DNA of 64,000 nucleotides, from NCBI GenBank assembly GCA_964016885.1, contig OZ024752.1:1302001-1366000 (forward strand), in the 5' to 3' direction. A program made the translations under genes and the position numbers. The notes beneath the pieces were generated by a model. It was not told where the DNA came from. It saw nothing but the letters and a program-made list of their open reading frames with translations, and ran no database searches. The stretch is from Eledone cirrhosa (lineage: Eukaryota). Positions 1 to 13,821 of this stretch are shown one piece after another (position 1 is the first letter of the stretch; the number at the start of each line of letters is the position of its first letter).

Positions 1-142
1 GTCAAGAGCTAAATTATCATAGCGGGGAATGGAAATGAAGAAGAGAATTGAGAGATAGATAGAGAGAGTATATAAAAGAAAAGGAAATGGAGAAATTTAT
101 AATTCGAAGTAGATTCATATACATATATATGAAAATACTTCA

Positions 143-216
<74 letters not shown>

Positions 217-219
<3 letters not shown>

Positions 220-485
220 AAGTTATATTTAAAATTGTTGGGTTACAACTAGTAAATATTTATAACTGATATAAAAGCACTCGACAAATACTTGGAGTAT
301 ATTTACAATATTAAATAAATGGAAAACTATATTTATAAAACCATATTTATTTCATTATATATATTTCGGGGATATCATATTAACAATATGCTATGCCTTC
401 ATCAGACAAAATACAATATAAACAGTTTTATAGATAAATATATTCGACATACCGTAATAAACATCAACTTCATTTGAAGAGGTTT
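217..485 (-). mobile_element. PLE-type 3' terminal (pLTR-like) fragment, family A, abutting (TA)n
   Basis: Homologous to 1890-2260, 2696-2960 (inverted), 20075-20510 and 24322-24660; contains a hammerhead motif and the bulged ACTC/GAGT hairpin; ends at (TA)n 146-216. Confidence 0.7.
342..420 (-). ncRNA. Minimal type-I hammerhead ribozyme (family A)
   Basis: Minus strand: TATTTTGT-CTGATGA-stem II (CATATT gtt AATATG core, mismatched base)-GAAA-TATATA-TA-ATGAAATA; stem I pairs; palindromic stem III. Confidence 0.7.
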
Positions 486-697
486 ACTCTAGCAGTGAAA
501 ATACAGAGAGAAAGAAAGAGAGAGAGAAAAGAGGGAAATAAGAAAGAAAGAAAGACAAAACGAAGAAAAGGAAGAAAAAGAAGAAAAAGAAGAAAAAGAA
601 AAAGAAGAAATGCATGGGACAAAATAGAGAGATGGAAAAATAGATAAAGCGAAGAGCTTCATGTAAAGAGACAGAAAGAGATATATATATATACACA

Positions 698-1605
698 TCT
701 CCTCTTAGAATCTCTCACCGAATTGCACCGAAATTGCTATACTTGTACATTGAGCCCTAGCGAAGACATCGGAAAAAAAAATTTCAAATTCACCCACCCT
801 ATGTGACGAAATCGAATATAATGTATCGATTTTTGAGCGTAAGTTATCAGTTATTTCCCTTTGTTCTGTTTACATTGAGCGTCTTACGTAAAAAATTACG
901 CTGGCTTTAACAGTTGTCGAGCCAGCAAAATATTGACCTGCAAAATTCATCAGTTCGAACACTAAGCTTCCGTTTTGCTTCATTTCCATTTAAAAGCATT
1001 TTAAAACAATATTTTTACTTGAAAACTATTTAAAGACTACGTAAAACAAGCAAATATTTCGTCGTTAGGCGTGCAGACAGACAGTCGTGCAGACAGACAG
1101 TCGTGCAGACAGACAGTCGTGCAGAGAGGTGATATACGCGTGCAGACAGACAGTCGTGCAGAGAGGTGATATAGGCGTGCAGACAGATAGTCGTGCAGAG
1201 AGGTGATATAGGCGTGCAGACAGACAGTCGTGCAGAGAGGTGATATAGGCGTGCAGACAGACAGTCGTGCAGAGAGGTGATATAGGCGTGCAGACAGACA
1301 TAACTGATAATTTGGTTACGCTAATGTTTTTCTCTGCGTTGCAGTGTTTACATTTTCGATCTTTGTTAATAAATAACCAGTGCAGTTTCTATCCCCAGCA
1401 TCCTCTTTTGTTATAACATTCGGGTTATCGTTATGTTTTCTTAACTTCATAAGGCATATTGTTGGTTGAGGCAATATTAATCAAAAACACCACATGCAAG
1501 TCTGCACAGTAGACACTACAGTTTTTAAGCCAAAAAAGAAACTTAACATTGTAACTTTAACACAGCTACTAAGCGACCCCGAGCAACGCCGGGCTTTACT
1601 GCTAG
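698..1605 (+). mobile_element. Non-autonomous Helitron-like element
   Basis: 5' TC after host A697; subterminal GC hairpin cccgagcaacgccggg (1578-1593); 3' CTAG (1602-1605) followed by host T; internal tandem array. Confidence 0.7.
1067..1300. repeat. Tandem array of 16-bp and 37-bp units inside the Helitron
   Basis: Units cgtgcagacagacagt and aggcgtgcagacagacagtcgtgcagagaggtgatat. Confidence 0.9.
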
Positions 1606-1831
1606 TTTATTATAAATTAAGACATTTAAAAAAAAAAAATTCTTTTAATTTTTTTTAATTTTTTTTAATTTATAAATTTCCGGTTGGTTGGTTGGTTCTT
1701 AATTTATAATAAATTGGAGTGAAAGCAACTGGTGCGTGTGTTTCTTATTGGCAACATGACCCTCCAAAAGTATAACAATATCGGTTTCAACACATGTTTT
1801 CAGATAAAGAATCTTGCTAAACAAATTCAGA

Positions 1832-1889
<58 letters not shown>

Positions 1890-2956
1890 GTAGAGGTTAT
1901 ATTTAATTTGTTGGGATACAACACGCAAAATATTTTTATAACTGATATAAAGCAATCAACAAATTATTGGAGTAAATATACAATATATTAACAAATGGAA
2001 ACTATATTTATAAAACCATATTTATTTCATTATACATATTTCAAGGGCCACCAAGGCAGATTATGGTGCGCTTTCATGAGATAAAATATTATATTGATTA
2101 ATTTTATAAAATAAATATTGACATACCCTGAAAAATGCAACCTTCACGGTTGGATTCTCCTGGATAGTGGAGATATTAGATTTATTGTTGGTTTATTATG
2201 TAAATTAGTGTCGGAAAGGTTTAAATAACAGTATATTTAAATCACACCGTTGGAATTGTTCGGATACAAACCTACAATTTTTTTAAAATAAATTTTTAAT
2301 AATTAATGATAATATATATCGTATTATAGTAATAATATATATGGTTCTGTAATAATAGTATATTTTTTTATATATATATATAAATATATATAAAAGTTTT
2401 CAATGTTTTTAATAATCTAACATACACATTTAAACTACTGATTGAATTGATAAATTATTAATTAAACATTTAATCAAATTTATTAATTAAACATTAGATA
2501 AAATTCTTCAACCTATCATTATAATGAATCCGGATATTATTCATCCACGATATATTCATTTCTTCGCTTCTTCTCTCATAACATAAACAATAATTACGTT
2601 ATTACTGTCCTTATAACTAATATTCTCTCTCACTTAAATATACTCACGTTTTTTCTCTTTCTCTTTCATTTTCTCTTTCTTTTTTTCCCTCTTCCAACGG
2701 TGTAATTTAAATATACTGTTACCTTTCCGACACTAATTTGCATAATAAACCAACAATAAATCTAATATCTCCACTATCCAGAAGAATCCAACCGTGAAGG
2801 TTGCATTTTTCAGGGTATGTCAATATTTATTTTATAAAACTAATCTATATTATATTTTATCTCATGAAAGCGCACCATAATCTGCCTTGGTGACCCTTGA
2901 AATATGTATAATGAAATAAATATGGTTTTATAAATCTAGTTTTCATTTGTTAATAT

Positions 2957-2960
<4 letters not shown>
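1890..2960. mobile_element. Inverted pair of family-A PLE terminal fragments between (TA)n tracts
   Basis: About 1980-2250 is the reverse complement of about 2696-2960; both arms carry a hammerhead with mutated core CTCATGA (2018-2095 -, 2847-2923 +). Confidence 0.75.
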
Positions 2961-3012
<52 letters not shown>

Positions 3013-3318
3013 CCCAAATAGTAGGAATCCTATAATGGAACGTCTGGGAAGAGATATATTCGATATATCTCAAATGAAATAATACAGCCAATTTTCCACG
3101 CAATATTTTTAGTTAGCACCCCGAACGCTTAATTAGGAATATACTCACTTATTTCCTAATCTTTGTTGAGTGAGTTGGAATTTGGCCTGAGTATCGCTAA
3201 AAAGCTTTCTCCGATAATGTATTTATTTATATATATATATATATTTTTATATATATATATATAATCCTTATCGTGCCCTCTTTGGATTTTGTCTTCACAA
3301 TTATTATCACGCTATATT

Positions 3319-3365
<47 letters not shown>

Positions 3366-3495
3366 TATAAATTATGTCCTTAGAATCATTTGATAAGATA
3401 TATACTCAATTTCCTCTCCCAATTAGCATAATCAACCACACAAAAAAACAATTAAACCAGGCTATAAGATTAAAAGGCACCTGTGAAGAAAAAAA

Positions 3496-3545
<50 letters not shown>

Positions 3546-4813
3546 TATATACATATATATATGTGTGCGTGTGTATGTGTGTGTGTAATAACTAAACAGA
3601 AACAACAAAGCAAATTACAGTACATTGAAAAAATATATTAGTTGAACCATTCTTGTTTCAAATGACCTGCAAATGTTTCATAAAGGCATATTAAAAAGAA
3701 AAAAATTAATAAAATTTGAAAATAGTTGTTTATTTAATACTACATTTGCAAATAAAAACTTTCCTTGTATGTAGGTATATCTATGTATACACTCGTAACT
3801 CCCGATGTAGTTGTCGGGATGCCGTATTGTCACTCGGCGTTTCTAGGCTATGTTTTTTCTGAGACGGATAGACAGAGTAAGAAAACGGACGTGAGAAAAA
3901 AGATATAGAGGACGAATCGACATAATAGACTGGTACTTAATTTATCAAACTTTGGATGAAAGGCAGAGTTGACCTTCGCAGTAATTGAACAGGGAGAGCC
4001 ACAAGAAAAACTGCAAAGTATTCTAGAGTCTCTGCGAATTCGCCGCCTAATGCGAATTCGCCGCATACACAAACCTATATATATATAAAGACATATATAC
4101 ACAACATACAAATAGATGCACACATATATAGACGCACACACTCATATACACACACACACACACACATCATACCTATATACATATATATATATATATATAT
4201 ATACATACATACATACACATATATGTATAAGAAATGTGTAGTGCGTGCGTTGAAGGCAAAGTCAGAAGCTAAGAGGGTGAAGCCAAGATAACGTATCATA
4301 TATATATATATATACCTAGAGGAATGTGACCTAATATTGTGTTTAGACAAACAGTACAAAATATTCATTTTTGGTTATGGAAATTCGTTAGTTAGCTCAG
4401 ACTAGAGCAATGACGAAGGATGAAATGAGCGAATCACATAGATAATATTATAAAATCAGAAATATAAATATGAATATCAATTTCCACAGTGATAAATAGA
4501 TAGAAAAATCTTTTGCAACAATACTAATGGGATACATTATGCAATGATAGTCAAGTAGTGCATTTATTAAAATGTTCGATATTTCGTTCCTTTTGTGTCG
4601 AGCGTATCTTTTCAGTTCAGTAGACAAAGATCTATATCAAACTGTTGTATCAAGTTATATATATTACCCTACACATTATATATCTAATGCATATTCCATA
4701 GTGCATTGCAGATACGGTTTACTTATCTATCCGCTTTACATTTAGAAATTTTTCCGCAATTACGTACAAGAGGCTCGAATAAATGTATTTTTTCTCTGTG
4801 GCCATTGGCACTC

Positions 4814-4884
<71 letters not shown>

Positions 4885-4913
4885 GCGTTTTGTATTTAAG
4901 TGACGTTGATTGA

Positions 4914-4951
<38 letters not shown>

Positions 4952-4970
4952 ATAATAATAATAATAATAA

Positions 4971-5247
4971 TAACTGTTTCTACTTTTGGCACAAGGCCAG
5001 CAAAAATCCAGTACATTACTGGTACCTTATTTTATCGACCCCATAAGGATAAAAGGCAAAGTTAACCTCGACGGGACTTGAACTCAGACCGTAAAGGGAC
5101 GTAAATATGCTAGAAAGCATGGCTTCCAACCCTCCACCGATACTGCCAATTCATCGCCCTTAGCGGGATTTGAACTCAGAATGGTAAGGGCCGTAACTCT
5201 ATGCGTCGAAGTATGACGTCGGACCCTCTACCGATACTGCCAATCCA
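4971..5247 (-). mobile_element. tRNA-derived SINE plus an extra tandem SINE head
   Basis: Minus strand has A box TGGCAGTATCGG, B box GAGTTCAA(A/G)TCCC and central ctttgccttt..atcctta.ggggtcgataaaat; second head at 5163-5247. Confidence 0.85.
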
Positions 5248-5280
5248 CAACAACACAATAATAATAGTAATAATAATAAT

Positions 5281-5610
5281 GTGCAAGAAAAGGAGAGGGA
5301 GAAAATCAACAGGTACTAGGATTTAAAGTGGTAACTGAAAAGGATTTGGGACTCACGTGAGATTAAAACCGTCCCATCGTCAGCAGTGCACTAGGTATTG
5401 TCTCGAAGTGTCTTTTAAAGCTTGATAAATGTCATTACCCCAGTCACCGTTTTGGAAACACTTAAAAAGGCATGCTTACTTGGAAGAGCAAGGACTCACT
5501 GATACATTTTGAATGCCTGAGGCTGCAAGTAGCGGCTTGGTGCTCATTTGGGCAATTTTTCGGGTTAAATAATAGCAACGACTGTGATATCAAATTAAAA
5601 AAAAATAATA
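5281..5610 (+). mobile_element. 3' fragment of an R4/Dong-clade (RLE) non-LTR retrotransposon, decayed
   Basis: Translates VQEKEREKINRY*DLKW*LKRIW..VP/IVSSALG..LETLKKACLLGRAR, resembling the R4-like C-terminus; flanked by (TAA)n. Confidence 0.65.
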
Positions 5611-6395
5611 ATAAGAGAGTAGAAATATCGAAATGTGAGTTGACAAATATACCAGTTCTATTATAAATTATGTCAAATTATCTAAAACTGAAAATATTGG
5701 AACTAGCCACCAATCACCAGTATCAATAATTCGCTATTAATTAAAAGAATTAAGGATTCAGAATTATATGAATAAGTTAACTAAATGCAAAAAACAAAAT
5801 AATACACTTGCTATCCCTGTTATTATCTACAGCCGATTTATAAAATTGAACATTTGGGGAATTAATTAGTTCAGAAAAGGTTTTTAGAAAACCACTTACG
5901 GTGCCCCTAAGCCAAACGTGATATACAGAAATCATATACACCCTGCATATTTGGGAGTTGAGGTCTTCACAGACTTTGAGAATTACTGTAAACTAACGAT
6001 GGTTGAAATAGAGAAATAATCAGAAATAAGAAAGGAGGAATTGACCCCGTAATAATTTAACATAAAATATTAAAATAGCAAACAACGGAGATAGTAATGA
6101 TTTAGATGAGAAAAAAAGATAGTAAAATTTAAACAAAACAAAACAAAATCGAAATTGTGAAATATTCCGAAGGAAAAATGTAAAGCGAACCCTTTCGATT
6201 GCCAAAAAACCAGCTTGCAAGATTTGACAGTTGACGTGAAAGTTGACGTGAAAGTTGACAAAGTCTAAAAGGGTCGGGATTAAAATCAGAAAAAGAGATC
6301 CGATTTTCCCAGCATAGGATCAATGACAGCAACAACAAGAACAACCATAAAAAAGAAATAACCAAGAAATCTCAAATAATATATATATATATATA

Positions 6396-7021
6396 AACGG
6401 AAAAAATGAAACGAAATTTCATTTCTCACTCTTAGTTCGGCTGTTACTTAAATATAAGTATGTATACGTACATACATATATGTATACAGACGTACAGTAG
6501 TATGTATATATATATATATACATGCACACATACATATATGTACGTATGGATTCACCGAACATTTATTATAATGCTCGGTGTGTTTGTAAACAAACATCCC
6601 GAATTAAGCCGTACAGTGTCTAGCAACCATCGTTGCTCATTTGTTCAACACTGACAAAGGAACGCTATACTAGTTTCAAGCTTATCAGCTATCGTCAGCA
6701 ACGTATACCTTCCTGCCAGATGGTTGAACGTCTGAAAGTATATACTTTTCTTATGCATATTTAAGTAACAGCCGTACTAAGAGTGAGAAATGAAATTTCG
6801 TTTCATTTTTTCCGTTTATCGTTTTCGGTACCACGGCCGATTAACTCACTCGATATGAAAATTAGGCTGCTCAGCCGTTAATATGCATAAGGAAAGTTGA
6901 ACAAATGAGCAATGATGGTTGCTAGACACTGTACGGCTTAATTCGGGATGTTTGTTGACAAACACACCGAGCATTATAATAAATTTTCGGTGAATCATTA
7001 CGTACATATATGTATGTGTGC

Positions 7022-7058
<37 letters not shown>

Positions 7059-7100
7059 CTACTGTACGTCTGAATACATATATGTATGTACGTATACATA
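6396..7100. mobile_element. Rearranged, inverted (TA)n-flanked repeat with a hammerhead
   Basis: 6396-6455 is inverted at 6757-6818; 6460-6650 is inverted at 6896-7100; a further partial copy lies at 26168-26285. Confidence 0.7.
6662..6704 (-). ncRNA. Minimal type-I hammerhead ribozyme, core intact
   Basis: ACGTTG-CTGACGA-T AGCT gata AGCT T-GAAA-CTAG-TA-TAGCGT; 6-bp stem I; palindromic CTAG stem III. Confidence 0.8.
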
Positions 7101-7142
<42 letters not shown>

Positions 7143-7989
7143 ACACAAACACTCATACGCTCACATACAAACTCACTCACAAACACACAAACACACACAT
7201 ACACACACATATATATAGGTATGTACGTACATACATAAACACGTACATACATAAATACATGCATATATGTGCGTACATACAAAAATACAAACATATGTAA
7301 AGAGGAACTTAATGCAAAAGAAACTAATCATTACTGAAACTTATTCGTTCAATACACTGCAACCACCAACGACGCCATTATTTGCTGCCCAGTCCTTGTA
7401 ACATGATTATACCCACATACATGATCAATTCGGTAGATATGAGTATTTGGCAATATGTAAATAGTTGAGATGTAGAAATATAATATACAAAACACGTCAC
7501 ATGATAACGATTAGGCTACAATAATCTGGAACCTGGTGGTTCAGACTGACAAAGAGATTAAGGGAAACATGCATGAAGGACACAATACCAATTGGCAGCA
7601 ATAGTTTCAATTGAATTACATGCTGGCTATAGATCTTAGGGAACCGATAATAATAACAGCCTAAATCAATAAAATTGGTATCAATCAAAACATAATATAA
7701 TGACGTAACTAGATAACGACCAGCTTTCATTTTTGCTGATCGATATTTTCCAACATTCCTTTGTCGTTGGAGAAAAAGAAATGGTTTCTTATTTTGCTAC
7801 AGAGTCACAAATGGTGTATAATTGATTTCAGATCCAGTGTATGACGGATATTAATTGCATCGACTTGGATGAGGGAAAGGCAAAAATCAACTAAGTCTGA
7901 ACATTTATTCCAGGCGTAGAGTGGTGAATCTGAATGATATTTAAAGCAAAATGCTCTCATTTCTGCCACCTTCAATACAGCAACGAACT

Positions 7990-8235
7990 AAAATTAGAAA
8001 TAGAAGCTTTCACCGTATTTTTGACTAAAGAAATTTTAGCCCGATAGTGGGGTTTAGAACCCTTAAAGAAATGGAAACACACGAGTATTAACGTACATGT
8101 CAATACTCATCTTTTTCCATTTCTTAGAGGGTTCTAAACTCCACTATCGGGCTAAACTGTCTTTAGTAAAAAATACGGCGAAAGCTTCTATTTCTAATTT
8201 CAAACTCGCCCGCTGTTTCAAAACATACTTACCTC
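7990..8235. repeat. Fold-back inverted repeat, about 105-bp arms
   Basis: Arms centred near 8095; same family as 43381-43635. Confidence 0.8.
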
Positions 8236-8255
8236 TCAAAAGATTTATATCAAAT

Positions 8256-8445
8256 AATAATTGTTTATACTTTTGGCACAAGGCCAGAAATTATCCCAGT
8301 ATATTACTGGTACTTTATTTTATCGACCCTGTAAGGATGAAAGGCAAAGTTAACCTCGGCGGGATTTGAACTAAGATCATAAAGGGAGGTAACTCTATGC
8401 TTCAAAGCATGACGTCCGACCCTCTACCGATACTGCCAATCCACC
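8256..8445 (-). mobile_element. tRNA-derived SINE
   Basis: Same family as 4971-5160; A and B boxes present. Confidence 0.85.
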
Positions 8446-8487
8446 ATTATATATCGACCATTTATAAATCCAGCATTTATATCAAAT

Positions 8488-8716
8488 AATAATGATTTCT
8501 GATTTAGGACAATGTTTCTGATTTAGGCAATGTTTGGTGAAGTGGAAAGCCGATTAAATCGACCCCAGTGCGTGACTGGTACCTTATTTTATCGACCCCG
8601 TAATAAGAAAAGGCAAAGCTAACTTCATCGGGATTTGGTCTCAGAATGTAAAGGAATGTAACTCTATGCAGTGAATCATGGTGTCCGACGCTCTACCAAT
8701 TTTGCCAATCTATCAC
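8488..8716 (-). mobile_element. tRNA-derived SINE, long-tail variant
   Basis: Shares head and core; has an extra ggggtcgatttaat segment like 14806-15026. Confidence 0.8.
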
Positions 8717-9117
8717 TCCTAATATCGAATAATAATAATATACGATTCGTCTGCATCAAACAGCCTCATGGGGATATGTTTTTTAGATGACCATCTCCAT
8801 CCCTATGTTCTAGCGATTAACATGCAATTTTTCAGGCATATAGGTGTGTGTGTTGTCTGTATTTATGCGACTTATATTTAACCAAGAAGTGAAGCCAACC
8901 GTGCTGGTTTGGTCATATGATCGGTAAAATACCAAATATCAAATATATTACAATCTGTCAAATGTGAACATTATGCAACGTTTCGAAACAATTCTTTTCA
9001 TTATTCTCGGTAAAGTTGATTTTTTTCTATCCAGTACACTGGATAATGATGCATAATATAAATTGTTATACATTATTAATGTGCATTGGTTAGATTGTTT
9101 AGATGCGTGTGCTCACA

Positions 9118-9196
<79 letters not shown>

Positions 9197-9422
9197 ACAC
9201 AATTATATATATATATATACATATGTGTGTATGTACAGGTATATATATATATATAAATATATATTATATATATATATATATTTATTTATTTATCTTTTTA
9301 TATGATTTATATACAACTATATGTGCATAATAGTGTATAAAAATGTGTGTGCGTGTGCATGAGCATGTGTATATATTCGTGTAAATATGTGTGTAATAAT
9401 TCTAATAATTCATTTTATACAT

Positions 9423-9523
9423 TTATACAAAAAAAATTAACATGGAAATACATAGAATTGTTGAACTATTTAAAAAAGTAAAATGTAACGAATTGGATGG
9501 AGGACAAAAATAAACAATTTCAT
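9423..9523 (-). CDS. Candidate terminal exon encoding a GPI-signal-like or hydrophobic C-terminus
   Basis: Acceptor tcttcag, phase 1; xEIVYFCPPSNSLHFTFLNSSTILCISMLIFFV*. Confidence 0.4.
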
Positions 9524-10356
9524 CTGAAGATGTCAGGCTTAAAATGAAGTCTTTTGAGAAGAAAATATTATTTGCTACTCGAACAATCTTTAAATGTTCG
9601 TTATATTTCAAGGCCGTCTTTACAAAACTATTTAATTTTGGTCAATTCCAATTTCAAGTATTTTGTTACTGTGTTCGTGTTTTTTTCTTTTTTTCTTCTT
9701 CTATAGTCCTTCATATTGTCGTTGTGATTATTGTTGTTGAAGATGTCGTTCATGTTACTGTTGTAGCTGCTGTTACTTTAGTTTATTATTGCTATTTATA
9801 ATTCTTAAGTGTGATGAGATGATTTTTTATTGTATTTAAATTTTATTTCGTTGTAGAAGTTACTTTTATTTTCGATCGTAGAATTGTCAAAATGTAAAGT
9901 GCGTAATATAAAATAAAATGGAATACAATAATAAAAAAAAAATAAAATGAAACGTCAAAATACCTGCAAAATCTTATATTTTAATAGATAACAACATCAT
10001 CGACAACAATAATTATAATAACAATAATATCTAGATAAAAAAAAAACATTAATCCTTTTAAGTGCAATTTTATTCATAATGATGGAGATGGTTGTGTTGC
10101 TGATACAAGTAGATGGTGACATTGTTGATAAAGTATCTTAAATACATAACAGGCGTGACTAATGGATGTATCGGTGCACATGATGTAATTGAGTGTCTAT
10201 ATATTTATATACATATATGTATATAATATATAATGTATTTATATATATAATATATATAATAATATAATGTATATATATATATAATATATATAATGATATA
10301 ATGTATATATATATATAATATATATATATTTATTAAAATAACATTTATTAAAATGT

Positions 10357-10430
<74 letters not shown>

Positions 10431-10610
10431 TGTGTGTGTGTGTTTCTCTGTGCGAAAGAATTTGTATGTTGTATAGTCATGGTAATAATGTGATAATAAT
10501 GCTACTGATTGCTTAGGCAGATGGCGGCGATAAAGACACTTTTCGTCAAAATTAACGTCATCATAAATTATTGTTACTGACAGTACTGTCATCGTTCCCA
10601 GTATTCTGGC

Positions 10611-11316
10611 TCATCAACATAATCATGAGGATTATGTTGATCATCATCAACATAATCATGAGGATTATGTTGATCATCATCAACATAATCATGAGGATTA
10701 TATTGATCATCATCAACATAATCATGAGGATTATGTTGATCATCATCAACATAATCATGAGGATTATGTTGATCATCATCAACATAATCATGAGGATTAT
10801 ATTGATCATCATCAACATAATCATGAGGATTATGTTGATCATCATCAACATAATCATGAGGATTATGTTGATCATCATCAACATAATCATGAGGATTATG
10901 TTGATCATCATCAACATAATCATGAGGATTATGTTGATCATCATCAACATAATCATGAGGATTATATTGATCATCATCAACATAATCATGAGGATTATAT
11001 TGATCATCATCAACATAATCATGAGGATTATGTTGATCATCATCAACATAATCATGAGGATTATGTTGATCATCATCAACATAATCATGAGGATTATGTT
11101 GATCATCATCAACATAATCATGAGGATTATGTTGATCATCATCAACATAATCATGAGGATTATGTTGATCATCATCAACATAATCATGAGGATTATGTTG
11201 ATCATCATCAACATAATCATGAGGATTATGTTGATCATCATCAACATAATCATGAGGATTATGTTGATCATCATCAACATAATCATGAGGATTATATTGA
11301 TCATCATCAACATAAT
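10611..11316. repeat. 33-bp palindromic minisatellite, about 21 copies
   Basis: Unit catcatcaacataatcatgaggattatgttgat with perfect 12-bp inverted arms atcaacataatc/gattatgttgat. Confidence 0.95.
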
Positions 11317-11488
11317 TATTGTCATATTCATTATTTTCATCACACAAAATATTGAGTTCATCATCATTCTCATCGTCCCTTTCAATACCATAAATATCAA
11401 CGTTTAAGTGGTAATGTCCATGATCATGAGGTTAATGGAGATGATGATGATGATGGTGATGATAGTTATGGTGGGGCTTGTGGTTGGC

Positions 11489-13040
11489 GTGAAACTGATG
11501 ATGTGTATGTGGTGAAACTGATGATGTGTATGTGGTGAAACTGAGGATGTGTATGTGGTGAAACTGATGATGTGTATGTGGTGAAACTGATGATGTGTAT
11601 GTGGTGAAACTGAGGATGTGTATGTGGTGAAACTGATGATGTGTATGTGGTGAAACTGATGATGTGTATGTGGTGAAGCTGAGGATGTGTATGTGGTGAA
11701 ACTGAGGATGTGTATGTGGTGAAACTGATGATGTGTATGTGGTGAAACTGATGATGTGTATGTGGTGAAACTGAGGATGTGTATGTGGTGAAACTGATGA
11801 TGTGTATGTGGTGAAACTGATGATGTGTATGTGGTGAAACTGATGATGTGTATGTGGTGAAGCTGAGGATGTGTATGTGGTGAAACTGATGATGTGTATG
11901 TGGTGAAACTGATGATGTGTATGTGGTGAAGCTGAGGATGTGTATGTGGTGAAACTGATGATGTGTATGTGGTGAAACTGATGATGTGTATGTGGTGAAG
12001 CTGAGGATGTGTATGTGGTGAAACTGATGATGTGTATGTGGTGAAACTGATGATGTGTATGTGGTGAAGCTGAGGATGTGTATGTGGTGAAACTGAGGAT
12101 GTGTATGTGGTGAAACTGATGATGTGTATGTGGTGAAACTGATGATGTGTATGTGGTGAAACTGATGATGTGTATGTGGTGAAGCTGAGGATGTGTATGT
12201 GGTGAAACTGATGATGTGTATGTGGTGAAACTGATGATGTGTATGTGGTGAAGCTGAGGATGTGTATGTGGTGAAACTGATGATGTGTATGTGGTGAAAC
12301 TGATGATGTGTATGTGGTGAAGCTGAGTATTTGTATGTGGTGAAACTGATGATGTGTATGTGGTGAAGCTGAGGATGTGTATGTGGTGAAACTGATGATG
12401 TGTATGTGGTGAAACTGATGATGTGTATGTGGTGAAACTGATGATGTGTATGTGGTGAAACTGATGATGTGTATGTGGTGAAACTGATGATGTGTATGTG
12501 GTGAAGCTGAGGATGTGTATGTGGTGAAGCTGAGTATTTGTATGTGGTGAAACTGATGATGTGTATGTGGTGAAGCTGAGGATGTGTATGTGGTGAAACT
12601 GATGATGTGTATGTGGTGAAACTGATGATGTGTATGTGGTGAAACTGATGATGTGTATGTGGTGAAACTGATGATGTGTATGTGGTGAAGCTGAGGATGT
12701 GTATGTGGTGAAGCTGAGTATTTGTATGTGGTGAAACTGATGATGTGTATGTGGTGAAGCTGAGTATTTGTATGTGGTGAAACTGATGATGTGTATGTGG
12801 TGAAGCTGAGGATGTGTATGTGGTGAAACTGATGATGTGTATGTGGTGAAACTGATGATGTGTATGTGGTGAAACTGATGATGTGTATGTGGTGAAACTG
12901 ATGATGTGTATGTGGTGAAGCTGAGGATGTGTATGTGGTGAAACTGATGATGTGTATGTGGTGAAACTGATGATGTGTATGTGGTGAAACTGATGATGTG
13001 TATGTGGTGAAGCTGAGTATTTGTATGGGGTGAAGCTGAT
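11489..13040. repeat. 23-bp minisatellite, about 67 copies
   Basis: Unit gtgaaactgatgatgtgtatgtg with recurring variants (aagctgaggat, aagctgagtattt). Confidence 0.95.
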
Positions 13041-13524
13041 GTTGAGGGTAAAGTGAGATGCGTTTGCTATGTTCTGAGAAGGCGATGATTTATTTAATCT
13101 GACACGTCAGCAGTCATTGACGGAACGGATCGATGACATGTAGGTAATCAGTCGAACGATTAGATATGATCAAGTGATCTAATGTTCTCAGTATGATAAG
13201 CCAACCTGTATTTGATAAGTCCATATTGCATGAGATGTGAGGTAGCGTTCATTGTAAGCGTTGCTATGTAGCAGCATATATATATACTTTTCGCTTTGAC
13301 TGCATGTTCATATATGGACTGTACTCCTTGATAAGTTCAGCTAGATTCCCGCCGTTCTAAAACTGATGGCTTAGTTCGGATCTAGCTGTCAAAACTGCCG
13401 GAGTTCAGCCGTCAGGGTCCTGGATCTTTTCATATATATATATGTAAGTAAAAGGTAAACAGAAATAACAACACAATCGGTATAGTATATTGGAAGGTTA
13501 ACGCTTGATATAGCAGGAAGAGGG

Positions 13525-13560
13525 TCTTAACGTTTCCGACGCTAGTCCTTCACTAGAAGA
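13525..13560 (-). ncRNA. Degenerate minimal hammerhead
   Basis: TCTT-CTAGTGA(mutated core)-AGGACtagcGTCG-GAAA-CG-TT-AAGA. Confidence 0.45.
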
Positions 13561-13821
13561 AAGAATGAGAAATAAAATAGATTGAGGGGGCGGGAGGAAT
13601 GGAATTGGTAAAAATGTCTTTAGATAAAAATAACCGGTCCATTCATGTTGACATATCTTGCAAAACTGTTGGTGCTGGCGTTTTTATACATATATACACC
13701 CAAGGAGTGTAACGTGAAGTTACTGTAGGTTCACCCAGGTGAGCACTCGATGTTTAGGTTCACCTCAGTAGCGAGGTGTAGAGCTAAACAGATTGTAATA
13801 TAATAATATAATAATATAATA

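Noticed and set aside
10611-11316. CRISPR-like palindromic 33-bp repeats
   Set aside because: No unique spacers, no cas genes and a eukaryotic context
11489-13040. CTGATGA and GAAA in each 23-bp unit, suggesting a hammerhead array
   Set aside because: The intervening sequence cannot form stems I, II or III
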